Shown here one piece after another: positions 59,797 through 64,000 of a DNA stretch of 64,000 bases. The DNA is taken from positions 102,244 to 166,243 of the forward strand of contig OZ257140.1 of the NCBI GenBank assembly GCA_965279165.1, written 5' to 3'. A program made the position numbers and the translations under genes. This DNA is from Bacteroidia bacterium. Its GTDB lineage: Bacteria; Bacteroidota; Bacteroidia; UKL13-3. Numbering within the stretch: position 1 is the first letter of the stretch; each line of letters starts with the position of its first letter. The notes below the pieces were generated by a model that saw nothing but the letters and a program-made list of their open reading frames with translations, was not told the DNA's origin and made no database searches.

Positions 59797-60789
59797 ATGG
59801 CCCGAACAATATTTTCCAAAAAATTGCATTTTGAAGCCAACACAGGATTTGGAGCTTCGGCAAATGCACAGGGAAATCGCCTTTTAAAGCGCGATGGCAC
59901 ATTTAATGTACGAAGAAAGGGACTACATTTCACTGACAGACTAAATTTTTATCATGAATTAATAAACATGCCTTGGTATAAGTTTGTCTTAATAATTTTT
60001 GCAACTTATACCTTTATCAATATTTGTTTTGCGAGTGCATTCCTTGCAGTAGGAATGGAAGAAATTGAAGGCGACAGAGGACTTACCACAATTGATCATT
60101 TTTGGGACGCATTTTTCTTCAGTTCACAAACCCTAACAACAGTTGGCTATGGAAGAACCAGTCCAATTGGATTTAATGCCAACCTGGTTGCCGCTTTTGA
60201 GTGCCTGATAGGATTAATGATGTTTGCAATTATAACCGGGTTGTTATATGGAAGATTTTCGAGACCCAGAGCAAAATTAATTTATAGCCACCAGGCGATA
60301 ATTGCCCCATATAAAAATGGACTTAATGCATTGATGATGCGTATTGCGAATGGGCGACGAAATCAATTGATTGAATGCGAAGCCGAATTAATGATGAGTT
60401 TTATAGAAAGTGAAACCAATATGAGAAGGTTTGTTTTTTTGGATCTTGAAATTAAAAAAGTTACCGCTTTGGCTTTAAGCTGGACAATTGTGCATCCAAT
60501 ACAGCAGGAAAGTCCGTTGTATTTGTTGAAGGATTCCGACTTAAAAGAAATTCAGGCAGAATTTGTTTTGATTTTTAAAGGATTTGATGATACCTATTCA
60601 CAAACTGTGCATACCCGTTATTCGTATACCAGTTCTGAATTGGTATGGGGTGCAAAATTTGTTCCGATGTTTCATAGTAACGACAGCAAGAGTGCTACTA
60701 TATTAGAACTACAAAGAATCGGAGAAACGGAAGAAGCTTTACTTTTTGATTACTCGCAGAATAACATTCAAATCAGCCCTGGAACATGA
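59797..60789 (+). CDS. Inward-rectifier-type (KirBac-like) potassium channel
   Basis: Two TM helices flanking a pore helix and the selectivity filter TTVGYG. Large C-terminal beta-rich cytoplasmic domain. 330 aa. Confidence 0.7.
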   Translation: MARTIFSKKLHFEANTGFGASANAQGNRLLKRDGTFNVRRKGLHFTDRLNFYHELINMPWYKFVLIIFATYTFINICFASAFLAVGMEEIEGDRGLTTIDHFWDAFFFSSQTLTTVGYGRTSPIGFNANLVAAFECLIGLMMFAIITGLLYGRFSRPRAKLIYSHQAIIAPYKNGLNALMMRIANGRRNQLIECEAELMMSFIESETNMRRFVFLDLEIKKVTALALSWTIVHPIQQESPLYLLKDSDLKEIQAEFVLIFKGFDDTYSQTVHTRYSYTSSELVWGAKFVPMFHSNDSKSATILELQRIGETEEALLFDYSQNNIQISPGT

Positions 60790-61421
60790 TTGTATTAGAA
60801 AAATATTTTACTGATTTAACAAAATCACAGCGCATGCAATTTGAAGAATTGCAGGAATTGTACACCGAATGGAATGAAAAAATCAATGTAATATCAAGAA
60901 AAGATATTGATAGTTTATACGAAAAACATGTTTTGCATTCGTTGGCATTAGCTAAGTTTATTTCATTTAAACCCAAAACAAGAATTCTGGACATTGGCAC
61001 AGGCGGAGGGTTTCCGGGCATCCCACTTGCGATATTATTTCCCGAAGTTTCGTTTGTACTTTGCGATTCGATTGCAAAAAAAGTACATGTAGCCGAACAG
61101 ATTTCAGAAACTATAGGATTACGGAATACCGATTTTGTAATCGGACGTGCTGAACAATTAAGGGAACCATTTGATTTTATCGTGAGCAGAGCAGTAGCTC
61201 CGATGGTAAAGTTATATCGGTGGACACATAAGTTACTTGCAGAAAAAAATTTCAATTCCATTACCAATGGTTTTATTTTATTAAAAGGTGGAGATCTAAG
61301 AGAAGAAGAAAAGGAATTACTTGCATTGAATAAAAAATTGCTCATTCAGGAGGTATTATTACCATCCTATTTTGAAGAGCCGTTTTTTGAAACTAAAAAA
61401 ATAGTTTATATTTCCAGATAA
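60786..61421 (+). CDS. rsmG: 16S rRNA (guanine527-N7)-methyltransferase
   Basis: SAM-binding motif ILDIGTGGGFPGIPLA. 211 aa. Overlaps the upstream channel gene by 4 nt. Confidence 0.85.
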   Translation: MIVLEKYFTDLTKSQRMQFEELQELYTEWNEKINVISRKDIDSLYEKHVLHSLALAKFISFKPKTRILDIGTGGGFPGIPLAILFPEVSFVLCDSIAKKVHVAEQISETIGLRNTDFVIGRAEQLREPFDFIVSRAVAPMVKLYRWTHKLLAEKNFNSITNGFILLKGGDLREEEKELLALNKKLLIQEVLLPSYFEEPFFETKKIVYISR

Positions 61422-61438
61422 TACTTAATCCCACTCCT

Positions 61439-62533
61439 TTGAAAAGATTAGTAATTATCCTTAGCCTGGTTGCACTCTGCTTGGGTGTCGAAGCACAAAC
61501 AGACTCGAGTCAAAAGAAATTTCAGATGACTCCCCTACCTATTTTGTTGTATAATCCTTTTACAGGATTTGGGTATGGATTGTTATTGAATACTAATTTC
61601 TTAATTGGCGATCCCAAAACTACCAGATATTCCAATGCACAGGCCTATGTGGTTTATACCACCAATAACCAAATGGCCATTCAATTGAACCATACCATTT
61701 TCACCGAAAATGAAAACTGGTTGATTCAAGGAAAAATACAGTATTTGGATTGGCCGGAATATACGTATGGTATTGGCGGAAACACCTCCGGATTCGAGCC
61801 TACCAAAGAGCTTATAAGTTACCAAGCGGTCGAAATTGAAGAACGAGTAATGAGAAAAATTTCAGGTAAGAACTTCTTAGGTTTGCAATTTCGTTCGTTC
61901 GACTGCTGGAATCTGGAATCAGATCAACCATCTAATCTTAGTTATTTTGATACCGCGGCTGTTGGTAATCCGAAATTTACTTCCACTGGAATTGGTGTTC
62001 ACTTCATACACGATAGCCGGGATAATGTTCAAAATACATATGCCGGAAATTATGTCGAGCTGGCATATAATCCCTATTTAAAAAAGTTTGGGAGCACCGA
62101 AAACTGGACCAATTTCAGGATTGATGCCAGAACATTTTTTCATTTAAATCACCTTGAAAACCATCCAAAAGTTCTTGCTCTCCGAGGACTTTGCGAAATT
62201 GCTTCCGGTACAATACCTTATATGTTGATGCCAATGTTTGGACGATACAATGCCACTAGAGGATATGTTCAAGGACGGTATCGGGGGAATTTGTTTTTTG
62301 CCGGAGAAGCCGAATACAGGGCTCATATATGGAGAAGTTTGGGTTATGTTTTGTTTGGCGGTATACAAGGAGTTGATGAACCCAATGGTAAAGTAATGTA
62401 TTATAGTCCTTCGTTTGGTGCAGGAATTCGAGTTATGTTGAATAAAAACCAAAGAACCAATTTACGCATCGATTATGCCAAAGGATCGAATAGCAACGAT
62501 GGCGTATATGTGCAGGTAACAGAAGTATTCTAA
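61439..62533 (+). CDS. Omp85-like (surface antigen D15 barrel-only) outer-membrane protein
   Basis: Signal peptide. C-terminal FFAGEAEYR...SFGAGIRV...Y..G block and terminal F. Paralogous to the protein at 36287-37477. Confidence 0.4.
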   Translation: MKRLVIILSLVALCLGVEAQTDSSQKKFQMTPLPILLYNPFTGFGYGLLLNTNFLIGDPKTTRYSNAQAYVVYTTNNQMAIQLNHTIFTENENWLIQGKIQYLDWPEYTYGIGGNTSGFEPTKELISYQAVEIEERVMRKISGKNFLGLQFRSFDCWNLESDQPSNLSYFDTAAVGNPKFTSTGIGVHFIHDSRDNVQNTYAGNYVELAYNPYLKKFGSTENWTNFRIDARTFFHLNHLENHPKVLALRGLCEIASGTIPYMLMPMFGRYNATRGYVQGRYRGNLFFAGEAEYRAHIWRSLGYVLFGGIQGVDEPNGKVMYYSPSFGAGIRVMLNKNQRTNLRIDYAKGSNSNDGVYVQVTEVF

Positions 62534-62593
62534 CTCCAAATAAGTAAATAAAATAGTTTTCAAACCAAAGAGGCATTTTTGTGTTAATCACAT

Positions 62594-63049
62594 ATGCGTC
62601 CACATATTTTACGAACCAAATCTATTATTCACCGTCCAATACAAGAAGTATTTACCTTTTTTAGCAAAGCAGAAAACCTACAGTTAATGTGTCCTCCCGA
62701 ACTGAGTTTTACCATCCTAACCCCTTTGCCAATTGAAATGCAACAAGGAACCATTATAGATTATAAATTAAGCTTGTCGGGATTTCCTTTTTACTGGAAA
62801 ACAAAAATTACCGAATGGAAAGACGGGGAATCATTTACCGATGAACAAGTAAAAGGACCTTACCGCATGTGGCAACATACCCATTTTTTTAAAGATTTAG
62901 GGAACCATACAACAGAAATGACGGATGAAGTTTTATTCCTTTCACCCGGTTGGATTCTTGAACCTATCCTGCATCATCTCTGGGTTAAACATCAAGTGGA
63001 AAATATTTTTTCTTACCGCGAAAACAAACTAAAACAACTATTTCCTTAG
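62594..63049 (+). CDS. SRPBCC-superfamily (polyketide cyclase/dehydrase-like) protein
   Basis: 151 aa with the sequence pattern typical of START/Bet v1-like SRPBCC proteins. Tentative. Confidence 0.5.
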   Translation: MRPHILRTKSIIHRPIQEVFTFFSKAENLQLMCPPELSFTILTPLPIEMQQGTIIDYKLSLSGFPFYWKTKITEWKDGESFTDEQVKGPYRMWQHTHFFKDLGNHTTEMTDEVLFLSPGWILEPILHHLWVKHQVENIFSYRENKLKQLFP

Positions 63050-63122
63050 GGTATCTGCCGCATATCAAATTCTTGTGTAAATCAGGATAGAATTCATAAA
63101 TTGCAATTTATCTTGATTCGAT

Positions 63123-64000
63123 ATGAAAAAATTATGGTGTATAACCCTTTTGTTTGTCCGGATTGCTTTTGCCCAACAAACTTTAACTCCGGAATTGCTA
63201 TGGAAATTAGGAAGGGTAAATAATCCTCAGTTATCTCCCGATGCAAATCAAATATTATTTGAAGTAAAACGATACGATCTTGCAACCAACAAAGGGAATA
63301 ATATACTTTATTTAATACCAACCCAAGGTGGTAATCCTAAAGAGATTACCAATGCAAATCAAAATGCCTTTGATGCCCAATGGTTACCCAATGGTAAAAT
63401 TGCATTTTTATCTTCAGAAAGTGGAAGCAGCCAATTGTATGAAATAAATTCGGATGGCAGCGGCATCCAAAAAGTAACATCCATAGATGGAGGTATCAAT
63501 GGATTTAAATATGCTCCTGACTTAAAGCATTTGGCGTTTTGTGCTGATGTTATATTAGACAAAACGGTTGCTGAACTTTATCCGGATTTACCTTTAACCA
63601 AAGCACGCGTAAGTGATGGATTGTTTTATCGCCATTGGGACACCTGGCATGATTATGCATTTAGCCATATGTTTATTGTTCCATACAACAATGGCAAACT
63701 ATCCGGTGAACCCAATGATATTATGAAAGGAGAAAGATGCGATGCTCCTTTACAACCATTTGGTGGAGATGAGCAATTTAACTGGAGTGCCGACAGCAAA
63801 ACACTCGCTTATACTGCAAGGAAATTAAACGGAACAGCCGAAGCTGTAAGTACCAACTCAGATATTTATTTGTTCTCGATAGCCGATAAAAGTACAACCA
63901 ATTTAACTGCAGGTTTACCCGGCTACGATGAAGATCCATTATTTTCATCTGATGGAAAAAAAATAGCATTTACCAGTATGGCAAGGGAAGGAAATGAATC
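63123..64000 (+). CDS. S9 family peptidase (acylaminoacyl/dipeptidyl peptidase-like), N-terminal beta-propeller part. 3' partial at the window edge.
   Basis: Hand-translated ORF open from the ATG at 63123 to the end of the window. Signal peptide, then repeated propeller-like motifs (LSPDANQILF, PNGKIAFLS, DGKKIAFTS). Confidence 0.55.
   Translation, partial: MKKLWCITLLFVRIAFAQQTLTPELLWKLGRVNNPQLSPDANQILFEVKRYDLATNKGNNILYLIPTQGGNPKEITNANQNAFDAQWLPNGKIAFLSSESGSSQLYEINSDGSGIQKVTSIDGGINGFKYAPDLKHLAFCADVILDKTVAELYPDLPLTKARVSDGLFYRHWDTWHDYAFSHMFIVPYNNGKLSGEPNDIMKGERCDAPLQPFGGDEQFNWSADSKTLAYTARKLNGTAEAVSTNSDIYLFSIADKSTTNLTAGLPGYDEDPLFSSDGKKIAFTSMAREGNE

Overview
This 64 kb window looks like ordinary chromosome from a low-GC (about 38-40%) Bacteroidota genome; the clade is inferred from gene content and synteny, not searched. 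The coding regions are mostly housekeeping. They include nadB-nadA, purB, gmd-fcl, korA, an aldehyde dehydrogenase, the conserved recN/coaBC/rpoZ-like/bamD block, a complete 14-gene nuoA-N complex I operon, mnmA, sppA and rsmG. Several products carry T9SS C-terminal sorting domains: an M1 aminopeptidase and the DUF1501 member of a DUF1800/DUF1501 pair. There are numerous outer-membrane beta-barrel proteins. Three places look accessory. (1) A Fic (HPFx[DE]GNGR) gene sits where korB would be expected, with a triple TGCGGAGAATAA repeat-and-palindrome array over its start codon, and it is bordered by a palindromic-core repeat family that also forms a 6-unit tandem array after purB. (2) Between the DUF1501 gene and recN there is a small two-gene cassette (a 60-aa protein plus a minimal nucleotidyltransferase-fold protein, with overlapping ORFs) and a diverged duplicate of the DUF1501 3' end. 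These are followed by heptamer microsatellite, an IS3-family element (orfA, A8 slippery site, orfB with DDE residues), and an extra inverted copy of its end forming a perfect 28-bp hairpin. (3) A 770-bp convergent intergenic region holds a 478-bp element bounded by perfect 20-bp inverted repeats around a GC-rich, helix-dense core of about 214 nt. This is the most unusual object in the window and a candidate MITE and/or structured ncRNA. I found no CRISPR array, tRNA gene, rRNA gene or prophage. All calls rest on recognisable motifs in the supplied translations and on direct reading of the DNA; no database searches were run.
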